Positions 25,500-38,930 are shown, counted from the whole stretch's first letter. The stretch is DNA of 63,045 nt, filler included, from Sphacelaria rigidula (GCA_964200075.2; 10 parts of 10 records of this genome joined end to end with filler, not necessarily neighbours in it), one strand, 5' to 3'. Numbers and translations: made by a program. The notes: a model not told the origin generated them from the letters alone.

Positions 25500-26172
25500 C
25501 AAATACTTGTCGGGGGAAACTCAGACATATCCGTCAGGATTCAAAGCCATTATAATTTAGGACGTCCCTCTCGGGTGGCGAATGCGCGGGGGAAATTCGC
25601 GATACCGTGAGAGACACATTCAAACACACAATGCAGCACAGACATGAAATAGAGAAGCTAGCCCTCCTCCTTATTTAACCTACTATAACACAGCCCGGAC
25701 ATAGACATGAAGTAGAGAAGATGAGCCTTCTCTTTATTTAACCTACTATAACACAGCCCAGACATAGACACGAAATAGAGAAGCTAACCCTCCCTTTTAT
25801 ATTACCTACTTTTTTATGGCAACCAATCTCGATTTGTACAACAAATTTGAGGATTTCAGCCCGTCTACAGGCGATTTTTTTCCGTGGATTGATTTTTCGG
25901 ACCCCAGTCCGTTGGACAATGTTTTTCACCTAGCTGTAAGCAAACTAAACCTCTTCTCCGATTCTCTGGACGTTGGCTGTTGGTTCACCACCTTTCTGCT
26001 CGAATCAGGACACTCCTCGGTAACTAAATTCTTGTCGGGGGAAACCCAGACATATCCGTCAGGATTCAAAGCCATTATAATGTAGGACGTCCCTCTCGGG
26101 TGGCGAATGCGCGGGGGGAATTCACGAGACCGTTTCTAGAGACCGTGAGAGATACATTCAAACGCACAACGC
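25500..26172. repeat. About 135-bp direct repeats (25500-25635, 26026-26172) flanking a core with 3x about 61-bp tandem repeat
   Basis: CAGACATATCCGTCAGGATTCAAAGCCATTATAAT...GGACGTCCCTCTCGGGTGGCGAATGCGCGGGGG occurs twice; the tandem unit contains GAAATAGAGAAG...TTATTTAACCTACTATAAC. Confidence 0.8.
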
Positions 26173-26773
26173 ATGACGTCGCTTGAATGTATCTTCACTA
26201 TGGAGGGACAACAAATTGAGTGGAAACCATAGTGAAAGCGCAATACGCACGTATACGGCGTCTTGCTCCCTCCACGATATTTTTGGCGATTGCTGCTTAT
26301 GAAAGAAGCTGTGCGACCTCGTGGAGTGCGAGCAACAAGGTTGCAAAGGACACGAAACAAAACAGTGTTGGCCGACGTCGAACGCCGTGCTGCTTCAACA
26401 TCTCGCATGCTGCGATACGAAGTAGGTTCAGTGGGATTTCTCCTCATCTCCAAGAGTAGATCTTATCGTTGTCATCCACCAAGAGATCAGGAAATGCTGG
26501 GAGGGGGGGACTCACCGTAACTCGCACGTAAAAGTTGTACTACATCAAAATCCATGTTTGAGGCAAGACACTTGCTTACGCGTTGAGGCATGCACGTTCG
26601 GGTCACCCCCGCCCCCGCCCCCCGTCCTGACAGGACAAGGTGTAGCTACGGTATTGTGGAACTGTTAGAAGGAGGGCTTAAATGAGTGTCCTGTGGGGAA
26701 GGGGGTTGAATCGTGCGATGAGGCGCAATGGATATAGAAAGAGTCCCTCTCCCCAAGTCGGATACCCGTTCAC

Positions 26774-27424
26774 CCACCTTGTCAGCAGAAATGCCCACAA
26801 GTCGTGACCCAAGTCCGGCAACGTGTGTGCACTCAGGGGCTCCCCAGATCGATCGAGCATCATCGCGTACGGATTCCGATGGGTGGCAACCATGGTGGCC
26901 AGAGCATTGAGGTACACAGCCACGAAAAAATACATCCCCGCTGCCACCAATCTCGATGCGTAACTCCAGCATAAGAACCCCGGATCGAATGACGCCTGCT
27001 TGCATGACGTGCAAGTGAAAAAACGTGGTAGATGTGAAAGGCGGTCGTCCGTCTGTCCGTCCGTTCGTTTTAGGGCACGCATGTACGCCATGTACGGGAG
27101 TAGCCGAGAAGGAACTGAGTGGTTGGGCAGTGGTAATGTCACCGACAACGCAATAACAAAAATTTAGGCCTTCAAGCTACCTGAGGGATACTTGCAGACG
27201 ACCTTCTACTGCAGGCGATGACGTTTTTTGCCATGTTGCACTTGAGTGACGACAAGTCAGTAATAGACATTATTTTCCTGGGGTTGTCTTGACACCGCCG
27301 TAGGCCCCCTGTAGCAGAAAAAGGAGATGAGTAAGGAGCATGGGGAGGGCCAGGGCGGAGTACACACTGTGCTCATGATTGTAACCAACACAAGCTTACT
27401 TGCGTTAGGACCATTGAGGGACAT
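26774..27424 (-). CDS. Sphingomyelin synthase / IPC synthase-like membrane protein, N-terminal part; exons about 27424-27400, 27308-27181, 26995-26778 (or 26774)
   Basis: Phases chain (1, 0): MSLNGPNA|RGLRRC...SIPQ|ASFDPG...YFFVAVYLNALATMVATHRNP...LPDLGHDLW. A TM helix followed by LPD matches the SMS-family D1 motif; catalytic C-terminal motifs not found in this contig; start codon uncertain. Confidence 0.55.
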
Positions 27425-30400
27425 GTCCAGTTTTCGCCCACCCTGGTTGCTTTCAACACTGATGACACCAACCGCTGCGCAGTCATCACCGTTGAAGTGC
27501 CACAGCACGCCAGATCAGACGTTGCCGTGCCGGGTGCACCGGTGGTTACCGTATTTGGAGGCGGGATGTTGGACAATGACCGGAAGTGGGTTCTATGGAG
27601 GAGGCGACGCCGGAAGAAACGACGGGGTCCGGGTCGGGTGTACCTTGGTTCGAGCGGCATATGCGTGCAAGTATGTAGAGGGTAAGTAAGCTCACGAAGT
27701 CTCCGAATGCTATAGCGTCCTTCGGAGAAATAAGTTAGTCTTACTGCGCTGATACCGCCGTGAAGGACAGTGATCCTCAAATGGGTTACATTCGCCTGCG
27801 GCAAAATGTGATAAAGGTGCCTGAGATGCAGAAGCACACGACTAGAGCGAGCGTCAAGATCAAGGATGAAACGGTATTGGTGATGAGGCGGCGGGTGATG
27901 ATCGTGACACATTGGTTGCCGACTGCTGCGAGGGGTGAGACACACCCCCGAGCGAGTTCGTTTGCTCATCTTGTGCGCAGTTGAGGGCCATACACGACAT
28001 TGCCCGGATGCTGACGGCACGTTCACAGCAAAACTTTTCTAGCCGCATTCCTATGAAGCCTTTACTGCCGGAGGGTTTCTCAGGCGAAACTCCTTCCTTG
28101 TCTGTACGCCTGTTCGTCGGCCTGTCCGTCTTTCATGATAAAACTCCGAGTCATGCCTTTTTTTAGCCGATTCGAGCCGTGGTCCCGCGGCGCGAAACCA
28201 TGATTCAACCATCCCATGCTCATCCGACATCACTTTACCCGCCCTCAACAAGATTCAGATTAATCGGTACCACCGGCGTTCGTGGTTCGCTTGTGTATCT
28301 GGACGCACTGGAAAACGAGCTCCATCGAAAGAGATGCCTACTATTATTACCAGCGCACGCGGACGCATGGGGGTGTACTGTACTTGACATCATTTGTGTT
28401 TCCGTAACCGTAAGCAGTGTGCGAGCTGTGGACATCTGTACCTTGACCCCAATCAGCTACGAGGACTCCTCCCCATGATGACCTCGTAGACTTCAGGAGC
28501 TGCAGTTATTCGCATATCGACCCTGACTGTTATTATACCGGAGAGCAATGTCCTAGGTGCGCCCCCCCGAGTGAGAAACAACTCTGGACAATGGAGAAAA
28601 AAAAGTCAAGGAGTCCACCGATCATACCCACAAAACCGCAATCCATCAGCCACCCGAAAATGTATGTCTACCACACAATACCCTGATTGCATTCATCTCA
28701 TCTGACCTAGGTAGCAATGGTGGCTAGAGTCTGCAGCACTCGCTTACTACCGAGAAGCAGTCAAACTATAGCTTGACATACTCGGACATGATCGTTGCCT
28801 AGCACCGCCGTCATTTTCCACAAAGACGTGCAATCCCTGCCGCGGTACACGATAACACTTCCAAGGTTGCCCAGTTCTCGAAGCGATAGCTGATGACAAA
28901 TTCCCGAACCATTGCCCAAAAGAAGTCTCTTGACTACATACATCGGCAAAGCAAACCTCACACCATCAACGAAAGTCAATCTCAAAGCATTCGTGAAGAG
29001 TGGTCTCTCTCATTCGAGAAAGGATACCTTCGAACATGAAGAAGCTAATTTCGTACGTTCACCATCTGCGCAACGGAGTGCATCAGCCGAATCATCCACC
29101 ATCCTGAAACTAGGACGAAACCAGTTAACAAGTATAAAACGTAGCAGGATTCTCGCTTGATCAACTCCGTGAAAACATATGCATCGCAGACCTCTCCTTC
29201 GTGAAAGCTTCAACGCTTCATCTCGTCAATCAATCTACGAAAAACAGCGATGAGGAAGCGATGACTCAAACCGCTATTCAAGCAATACATACCAAAGCAA
29301 TACATACCAATCCAAAATCGGCACACGGACCGCGATCCCTGTCATCAGTGTAATGTGATTTCCCCACTCGACCCATCGAAGTGCACCCCAGAAAACACCC
29401 ATATAATAACCTACGTGGATTGAGGACTGTGATATCCCATTCGTTCATCAACCGAGATATAAGACGCGGTTCATGTCTCAACGAACGTGAAGATTACCTC
29501 TACCGCTCCTTTCACACAAGTAGACAAACCATCCACATGCTCGTTCCAACACGTGACATTCCATCAGGGACGTTCCACGGTCAGAGATTACAAACGCATG
29601 GACGCACCAAGCCTCCATCTTCAACCACAAGAAACACGCGCGTTTTATCTACTCACATACGAGCCTAAGCGTTTCGTAGCTTCCGCTCATCCTCACGCCA
29701 ACAGCCGCGATTAGCATCTCCCACAATCAGTACGTGCAAACTGCACAAGTGTAATCCCGCCACGTTTCTGTGCGAACAGAAACATACGACCTTCACCCCA
29801 CCCAGCTGTGTATAGTATATGGAGAACTGCCGAGCAATGATGCTTCGCCACGCACCACGCGCATAAGTTACACACTGTAGCGAAAATCCACATGTGCACG
29901 TCAGCAGTTCACCTCGCTATGCAATGGGACATCCTTCGTAGAAACCACCACGCGTCATGCGTGCTAACCACAGAAGCACAACATGGATCTCAAACGTTCA
30001 CTCGTCGCCAGTATTTCACTCATCACAAGCTATACGACCATACTCGTTTGATCGCCATGTGCCATGTGCAAACATGAACATGACTACAAACATCACAACA
30101 TGCTGTACTCGTGCTTCAAAATGGTTCACAGATACCGATCATGTATACCTGATCCTCAACAAGTACTCAACTACACCAGTATTTTCTCCTCAACAGAATC
30201 ACTCAACCCTACGCGCACACCACATCAACAAGCCCAGGTGATGCCTTCTCCGTGGTCCTCCTCCCCGCTCCTGAGAAGCAGCAGCACTTCAGCCATAACC
30301 TCTCGCACACCATGAAGCAGCGCTTCCACTCGAACCCTCGCTCTTCGCCCCATCAGTCCAGCGACAGCTCGCACCCCCACAGTGCCCGCTCAGCTCACCG

Positions 30401-31121
30401 TCAAGCGGCATGTCCGCACCGCCAAACCGATGCGGCAAACATCTGCCCCCCTAGATACGCAGTATGAAACACCTGTTCTACAGTACATTTTACTGAGGCA
30501 AGAAAAAGCCAAGCAGGGAACAGTCGCACAGTCCCGCACAGCAACATCTGCCGATAGCGTTTTACCACTCTACCCAGACACCCCACACCGCAACCGTAGA
30601 GACCCCTTCGTCATCGCCATCAAACACGCCAGGGCTGTCCATGCGAATAGCAGTGTATACGATCGACTCGATGCCATACGACGCTCGACGTCGCCGTAGC
30701 AATTGAGATCACCAGCAGCATCGCAAGCCTGGAGCTCGCTCTGCCTACCGGCTCAAGCGAGTCATACTCCCCTTTTGCTTTCAGCACGCAAGGTGCGCTC
30801 CAAGCTACACACTGGTCATCGACCCCAACTCGGTCTAGCGAATCCACGTCCGCCAACCCGGCATCCACTTCTACTTCAAGCAGACACCCATGCGGACCAT
30901 CTGAACGATCTCCCGACGAATCGCGGAAGCAGATAGATTCGTCATGAGTATCGCCAGCCCCACGCTCGCTCGGCTCGTTCGCATTACGCAGATAACACTC
31001 GTGCAGCTCCGGGCATGCAACACGTGTCGTCAGCTACACGCTGGTCGGGCGGCAACAAGCGACTAGGACATTGGCCCCTCAGCGCATACTCATCGGCACA
31101 TATAGGCTCCGTCCGCTCAAT

Positions 31122-31176
31122 AGCAGCGGCAGCGGCAGCGGCAGCGGCAGCGGCAGCGGCAGCGGCAGCGGCAGCA
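31122..31176. repeat. (GCAGCG)n hexanucleotide microsatellite
   Basis: About 9 perfect copies. Confidence 0.95.
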
Positions 31177-32133
31177 GGATCAATAATCCTTGCCTTAAAC
31201 CCACTTTTATGGCAAGCACGAATCTTGTTTTTTTCAGAATCGGGGGAACAAAAAATCGGGGAACGCATTTTATGGACACGGATTTGGACCACATCGGGGC
31301 CGAAAAAATCGGGGGGTCATGATCTCGGAACGGTTATCCCCGATTTTTTTTTTTCAATCGGGGAAACCGCTCCGAGATCGTGACTCCCTCGATTTTTTTT
31401 GGGTGGCCTACGTGCATTGACGTACACTCCCAGAGTACGAGGCGTTTGATATTTTTGCAACGGCAGCAGAAGACANNNNNNNNNNNNNNNNNNNNNNNNN
31501 NNNNNNNNNNNNNNNNNNNTTAATTAATTAANNNNNNNNNNNNNNNNNNNNNNNNNNNNNNNNNNNNNNNNNNNNGTCACTGTGTGGAAACCTCTCTTGC
31601 AAGGGAAAACTAGAAGACGACGTAAGCTGCCGAAGACGGTGGGTCTCTGACTTCTCCTTCTGAAGGCCGCATGATGTTGGGTGGGGGACGGCTTATCGAA
31701 CGCAGTGGGTCACTGTTTCTTACGTTTATTGTTGTGCAACAATAACGTCGGCGGGTGTCACTTGTGTGTCAACCGGGAGCAACCAGAAATATAATGAGGG
31801 AAGCTCTAGTTTGGGCCAGAGCTTGTATGCTCGGCGCGCAGCAGGAGACTCTGGACCCCAAGAAGGCGTTCGAGAAATCCCAGCACACGAACGAGGACGT
31901 TCGAAAGATCCCACTGCGGAAATTAGGTAAACTCTTTTCCTGCGCTAGTAACTACCGCATATTTCTCCTGGAGGAGCCTTCAGCGCGGGATATTGAAACA
32001 CACAGACATCTTGATGAACTTCCTTTGCTGTCTCCACGGCAGGGGGCGATTTTCCCCCCCCAAGAAACTTGCAATTATGGACCAGAGAAGTCCCTTGCAG
32101 ACGTCGGGCAGGTTCTTCGAAAGTGACCCTGGG

Positions 32134-35100
32134 TCAGACGAACGCGCCCAGCAGGACCAACTTGTTGTCTCTTATCATGCTTTCCCTGTGCGCAGATGTC
32201 GCGTTGAAAGACACAATCTCATGCAGTGTACCTCTCAAAACATGCATCACAACCATCACAGCGCAGAGTGTAGAAAAGCGGTTTCTTGACAAAATCGTGC
32301 ATTCTCCTGGTAAACTCCCCCTCCCCCAAAAGGTTCGTTGAGGCAGGGGTTCAATATATCTATCCAGGCCGGGCCTGCCCCTTGCTTCACTCGAAACGCA
32401 ACGGTGAGAATCGGAGCAAGGCCGACGGCTCAGCACATCTATTTTTTGTCTTGAGCCCAAACGTTTCAGTCTGTATTTTTTGTCTCAACGTGGTCTTTTC
32501 TAGCGTACCGCTACTGCATTCTTTATGGCTACCAGTGGTTACCTTTCCATGATGGGCTCGACCATGCTGGGTTCTCCGAATTCTTCCTTCATAAGATCCG
32601 GGTGGACGATGGTCGTCATGGCCTTGTTGAAGTCTACGAAGGCTTTCGGAACCATTTCGGTGAGCTTGGACTTTTGTGATGCCTGCAGTTCGATCGATTT
32701 TCAGTTGCGCACGCGATGAAAACGGCAAAGTCATGATGATTTCGGGCTCTTTCTCGAGCACACAAAAAAGTGGTCAAGCTCGCCCTGAAGTCAAGGTTGT
32801 TCACACACAGCCGTAGAACCACGTACAGTATTACGTACCGTCGACCTACGGGGAGAAAATACGAATTCCCTGAACATCTTCCACCCAATCCCCTCATGCT
32901 TGAAGTCATGATAACCGCTATCAGCTCAGACATCTAACAGAAAAAACATACTCGAAAGCGATCGCTATGGGATGGAACTATACCCCCAAATCGTGGTGTT
33001 TCGGTGATGGCTTCATCGGCCTTCCATGAAGATACGCACCCAAGACCCAGAAAGCCTCCTGACCATTTTCCTCATTTTCTGTCGAGAAAAAGCTCAGATC
33101 GTCTTCAAACTTGCCAGTTCGGGAGGTATTGATGCTCCAAATGCAGATTTGTTTTGTTGAAAACACTCGGAAAATCTCTCCGTTCTCTACCGACTTTCCG
33201 GGGTTCCGGCGTGAAGACCCCCGGAAGCCGATATAGAATATACCTCAGACACAAAAAAGTGTGCGTCCCGGGGTAGTCTGATAAACACTTGTCGCAGGGT
33301 TCGTTTCGTGGCTCGGAAACCTGATGCAATGGAGCCGTTTTCACGGTAAACGTTCCCGAAAAGTCGAGTCTGTTACTAAACTCAAGTAGTTAGAAGTTTG
33401 TACCTTTTGCTCGCGTCATCGCCCAAGATGGAAAGAAATCACGCTGTTTTTCGGAGACCGTTTCTTGCCGTTGGGTTTGAAGGAGGTCCTTTTTCCACTT
33501 TGGGACGTGTTGACACGGTTTTCGACCCCCAGTGAATGTCACGATCACACGCCTTAAACACTTTGCATCACCCAACACTTCGCATCACCAACAGAGAGAA
33601 GTCTTACCCACTTTTTTCGATTCGCTTGGCTCCGAGGTTCCGAGAATGGCCTCTGAGCAAAATGCAGCTGGACAGAAAAAATAAGAAAGTGGGCCAGACT
33701 CCTCTCGGTGGGATGATGCAAAGTGTCCGAGGCGTTAGATCATGTTGCTACTTCGGCTGCAGGCTGTCGCTACCGTGCACTCGTGTGGATACATGTGTGT
33801 GAGCGTGGCCGGCATCTGAGGTCATCAGGACAGAGCGGGCAAGGAGCAGAAGCAAGCAGATATACGAATCTCGCAGAGCCCACCAGACTTTTCGTTTTTT
33901 GTCAGTATCTTTTTTTTATCGTTTTCTTCAACAATATCAACAAAAAATGAAAAAATCATTCCTATTTTCGAAAAATTGTTCTCCGGGAGGGGGGAGGGGG
34001 GAGGGGGGAGGGGTCGGGGGGCTCCGTGTCCGAAAATCTCCGCCCGACGGACCCTTGACAGACACCACTTTTTTTTGTTTCCAGCTGTATTTTTGATCAG
34101 AGGCCGTTCTCGAAACCGCGTAGCCATGCGAACCGGAAAAGTGAGCTAGACTCCTCTCAGTGGGGTGATGTGGAGTGCCCAAGACGTGATATGGCGATAC
34201 TCTTCTTGTGGGGGCCAAAAACTGTGTCAAATCTCCCTAAAGTGAAAAAGTACCCCCCGCCCCCCCCGCCCTGCCCTTCTCCCTTCATATACCAACCGCC
34301 AGAAGCGGTTTCGAGAATCTGAAACTTTGCACACATATATATGATGGAGGTCACCATGAACTTTTCCAGGATTGGCTTATTTTCGATTTTTGTTCTTTCG
34401 CCGGTTATCGGGGGTCCCACAAGGGCATCTGATGATCCGTGAGGACCCTGGGACCCCCAATAACCGGGAAAAACAAAAACAATCGAAACAGTATTATTAT
34501 TCTTCACTTAAAAATGTTTCGTTGTGACCCATTAAAGTTGTGTGCATCTTTTTAGAGTCTGACTTCGAAAAGCGGCATGACGCTTTTTGCGGATGCGTAA
34601 ATTCTGGGTGATGAACGTGAACAAGCCTGTAGATCTTCATGGGGAATGGTGTCGACGGCCGACCTCCCCGCCGACGGTAACCGCCACGGTCATGCATCGT
34701 GGCTGCGACCCAGCTCCTGCCATCTATTTACGAGCATCGCCCCAAATGATGACACACCAACCCCCGACGCATGTATGCGTAGACAGTGTGTTCAAAATGA
34801 GTCGTCAATTTTTCCAGTGATCCACCCAGTCTGGCACATCTGGTGCCCGACGGGAGCAGCACGCGTGTCTTTTTCAGGCCCTCCAATCTACGAAAACTAA
34901 ACTACTGTACACGATAACAAATATAACAGACTGCACGCACTGTAGTATACAACTCTAACAGACAGTCGTGTGCATACCATACATTCGTAATGTACATGGG
35001 ACGTACACATGGTGCTTGGCCTCTGCGACCACAAATCAGGACGCCGGCGGAGTTGTGGCGTTCAAACTGCCGAAACAGTAAGGTACATACTTCTGCGGCC

Positions 35101-35579
35101 ACTACGTCCGGGTGGGTGTCGCCCACTACAATCGTCTATACGCGGCGTAATCACTCCTGTCTGTGCGGGGACATTTATCTCCTGAATCTATGCTCGTTTG
35201 GACAGGCCAGCAGGTGCGAAAGAGATGTCCAAACGTATATATATACGTGGGGAGGAGCAAACGTTTCATCCAGTCCCCACCCGTGTTTTGGTGTCGCTCG
35301 TCGTTCTCTTAGCCCCTGACAGGCACTTTTCGGCCTCTCTGCTCTTAGCTGCATGGGGAACGCTTTTACCGATCTGAGTTTGCTCTCATCCATCTAGGCA
35401 GGTCCAATAGATAAATGCCATGCACACACTTCACTCACAATGGCCGCAGCACGTGCATCGCGGATACAGTGCAGTGGTGCAGGAAGCTCTGCTTGTCCAT
35501 TAGATCTAGACTCAATGTTAGCACATCTCACCGTAACAGTCTTGGGGTTGATATGTATGCGCTTCGTGATCCCCCCCAT
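32134..35579 (-). CDS. Hypothetical small protein (about 92 aa), 4 coding exons: 35579-35532, 33078-33040, 32682-32543, 32185-32134
   Basis: All introns GT-AG with concordant phases (0, 0, 2); product MGGITKRIHINPKTVT|KMRKMVRRLSGSW|ASQKSKLTEMVPKAFVDFNKAMTTIVHPDLMKEEFGEPSMVEPIME R|ESMIRDNKLVLLGAFV*; family not recognised. Confidence 0.6.
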
Positions 35580-37183
35580 CCTCGATGTCGATGTGCTGTA
35601 CAGGCGAAGGAGGCTTGCTGCTCTCATGGTGTATCCGAGGTTCATGTTCGGAAAAACTTGTATTATTGGTGCGTCGCGGCTGCTGCTTCTGGCTCTCTCT
35701 TGATGTTAACCAGGGGGTGTTGGATACTACGTACCGGTGACGTATGTCAGTGTGGCTTGATGATGGAGTGAGGATGGGGGGGTGACTGTCCGATGTAGGT
35801 ATTGGCTGTTGCGGTCTTGATCGTTGCGGGGATTTGAGCGAGCGGGTGGCGGTGATGCAGGGATTGTGTGTGCGCGGAGAGATTCAAGATTCACAGGTTT
35901 ATAGAAACTGTACGCTACTTATAATGAACACGGGTTGTTGATTTCGGTCATAATTTGGTCATGAGGACACACGAAAGACATGTAGAAGAGGGTAGAATAT
36001 GTTAGTTGTTGGTCATGTGCTCGAGGATAGGCCCAAGCCCCAAAAACTTGCTCAAATCATGGTCTACATGTCATACCCTTTGCTATTTTCATTCAGTACT
36101 TTTTGAACAAGATCCGGACACAATTTGTCTGTTCCCGTTGGCCATGACGTCGATCCTTTGAAAACTTACTGCTTGGGTACACAGATATCTGTACGGTTAA
36201 ACTGCTCAACCGAACGTCGATGATCTGCTAAGGTCAGCAGCATCAAAGTAAAATATTGTGTTCCAGCAACATCAGGGTTCCGGTGCTGGGGCAAACGGAT
36301 GTGCTTATGTCGGGACAAAGAAAAGACATCGGAGTCAAGAAATCGAGCAAGGCAGCTTGTGTCCCACAATGAATATACTCTGGGCCATACCTCGAAACTG
36401 ACTTCTTTAGAAGAGCGGCGTTTCTTTCGATGCTGGACCCAGTGAGAAATAGGTCTGGAAATCTCAATGAGTGTACTGAAACTCCTTACACCCACACAAC
36501 TGTCCGCACAGCACGAGTGCATCACGCCTAGCACTACAGTAGCTCTTGCTCATCTACGCTGATGATTATCGTATTCACAGTGCTGTTTCTATTTCGGCAA
36601 TGAGTTCGGTTGTGGAAGAAGGACGGCCATGTGTATGCGAAAGAGTTGCTCACGATGCAGTCGCTGTTGACCGTCATCGCGGGTGTGCAGTAATTCGGCC
36701 ACCATCTGACAGAAGTCTTTCACGAGTATCTTGTCTCGTTCAATTTTGCACAGATTTTCCCCATGCTAAGGGCGTCGTACTCGGTCGGTCAGTAGCTAGG
36801 TATCGTCGAGATACTCATTGTCTATCCTGGTACAGCGAGAGCATTTAGCCTATTGTGCGTGTGGCTCAGGCGCGGGTTGGGTATGACTGGTGTGTGACAA
36901 GATAACACGTAATGGTACACCGCAAGCCAACTTGCTCATCAGGTTGAACCAAATGAAAAAAACGGTTTAACGGTTTGGCCGGTGTTTCGATTCTGAGAAT
37001 AACGCCTCCTATCCGGTAAACCGTTTTTTTTCGGCTGCCGGTACCCACCTCTAGTTGTGCCCCAGTCGCCTGTGTAAAGAGGGGACCCCATCCCTCACAA
37101 CCCAGGTTGCGTTCTTCCAAATTCGTCGAGGTGAGGCGCACAATTGTTCTTCATCTTTTTGGTGAATGCGTGATGATAATTTC

Positions 37184-37362
37184 ACACGCGTGGCCATTTC
37201 GCTACCCCGACAATTCCTCCAGAGCGGTTATTTTCGAGTCTCCAGGGGGTTTAAACGCCTCCAGAGGGATCTAACGCCTCTGGAGGCTTGTTTTCGCCTC
37301 TGGAGGGCCGCTCATCGCTCCGGAGGCATTTTCGGAGGTATAGCCAAAGTGGCCGCGTGTGT
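37184..37362. mobile_element. MITE with CACGCGGCCATTTGGCTACC-type TIR and CTCCGGAGG internal repeats
   Basis: ACACGCGTGGCCATTTCGCTACC ... TAGCCAAAGTGGCCGCGTGTGT; family members at 52129-52460 and about 54150-54342. Confidence 0.65.
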
Positions 37363-38619
37363 TGGGCACATCTACTGCTGGGCTTCGTACAACGCGAATC
37401 CTATCGCTGACCTCAACCCTTAGACTGCGAGGGTATAATAGTCCATCTGGCATTCCCACATTTTTCAAATGAAATTGATGCCAGTTCAACGGATGACCTA
37501 CTCTCGCTGTCCAAGGGTCAAGGGTTCGCTCGCGAGCCACATTATTACGGTTCGCCTACTGGAGCAGAACCGTCAAATCGATGTGCTTTTCCCGCCTATA
37601 CTGGACAGCAACCACTTTTACCCGCCTACTATGTCGTGGGTACCCAAAATTCGACTTCACGGTCGACGAGGGAAAGGGACTGCTGAACCAACCCCTCTCG
37701 CGATAAAAAATAAAGGCAAGCACCGCAGAAGGAAGGTGGGGGTGTTAAAACAAATAAAAAAGAAAAAGCTCCTGTGTTGACCTTCGTCCNNNNNNNNNNN
37801 NNNNNNNNNNNNNNNNNNNNNNNNNNNNNNNNNTTAATTAATTAANNNNNNNNNNNNNNNNNNNNNNNNNNNNNNNNNNNNNNNNNNNNTGTGTTACTCT
37901 TTCGTATCTTCCCTGCAATCGAGGAATGGGACTTCAACCTCATATTATGTTTCAAGCCCAAAAATTAGGATCGGCTGTTATTTCTGATGTGGACATTCTC
38001 TGGAGGAAGGGGAGACGATAGATACCCTCACCTTCACCTAATTCGTTATCTATCCCGAGATATGGCGCACATGATGTTTCAAACTAGCATCAATATATTA
38101 CGAGCAGAGGCACCAGATGCCCTAAATCTGGATATCGCGTCTCAGTTTTCGAGAGTTGTTCCATAAAATTTCGTGTGGTGAACCGCTAGTGCATAATAGA
38201 AAAAAATGAGAACAGCTTGTTACATATTTTCTTTTTTCTTCTTTTTCTTTCGTGTTTTCAGTGGAGTTTCGAGGAGAAATGAACATTGCTCTTAGGCCTT
38301 ATCTCAATGCTTTAGCTCAGTTTTTACAATTTTGATTCGAAACTTAGCATGGAGAACCACAAAAGTGTGCCGAAAAACAAGAAAATGAACCTTAAATTTT
38401 TTTTCAGAGGGGTTAGGGCGTTCTCGTGAAGAAATGGTCTTTACCATAGTAGAACGCCCTAAACCAGTGAAAAAATAAATTAAAAAAACTGAGCCACTGA
38501 GTTTTATTAATTATGCCCTGGCGAGGGCCCACGAAAATTTCAATAGACAAGAACCAAACGTGGGCCGGTGAGTGGTCTGCGAAATACTGTTCCGAATTTC
38601 TACCGACCCGATTTTTGAA

Positions 38620-38930
38620 AGGCGAATGCGCCGGCCAATATTTAGAGTTGGAGCGTCAAAGTTGGTATGAACAATACATAGGGCATGAAAAGAATTGGAA
38701 AAAAGCATCAGAAGTTTTTTTTTTCGTGAGTTAAGGAATAATCAGTTTTCAGGTATCAGTAAAACGCCCTTAACTCACGAAAAACAAAAAACAAAAAACT
38801 GAGCTTTTTTACAAATTTTCCTTATGCCCTATGCGTTGTCCATACCAAATTCGACGCTCCAACTCTAAATATTGGCCGGCGTATTAGCCTTCAAACTTCC
38901 AATCCGCCTCTAGGCTGGCCCAGCTCGTAA
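38620..38930. repeat. Inverted-repeat segment of a TIR element
   Basis: GCCGGCCAATATTTAGAGTTGGAGCGTC ... GACGCTCCAACTCTAAATATTGGCCGGC; end ...GGCTGGCCCAGCTCGTA shared with 54030-54142. Confidence 0.65.
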
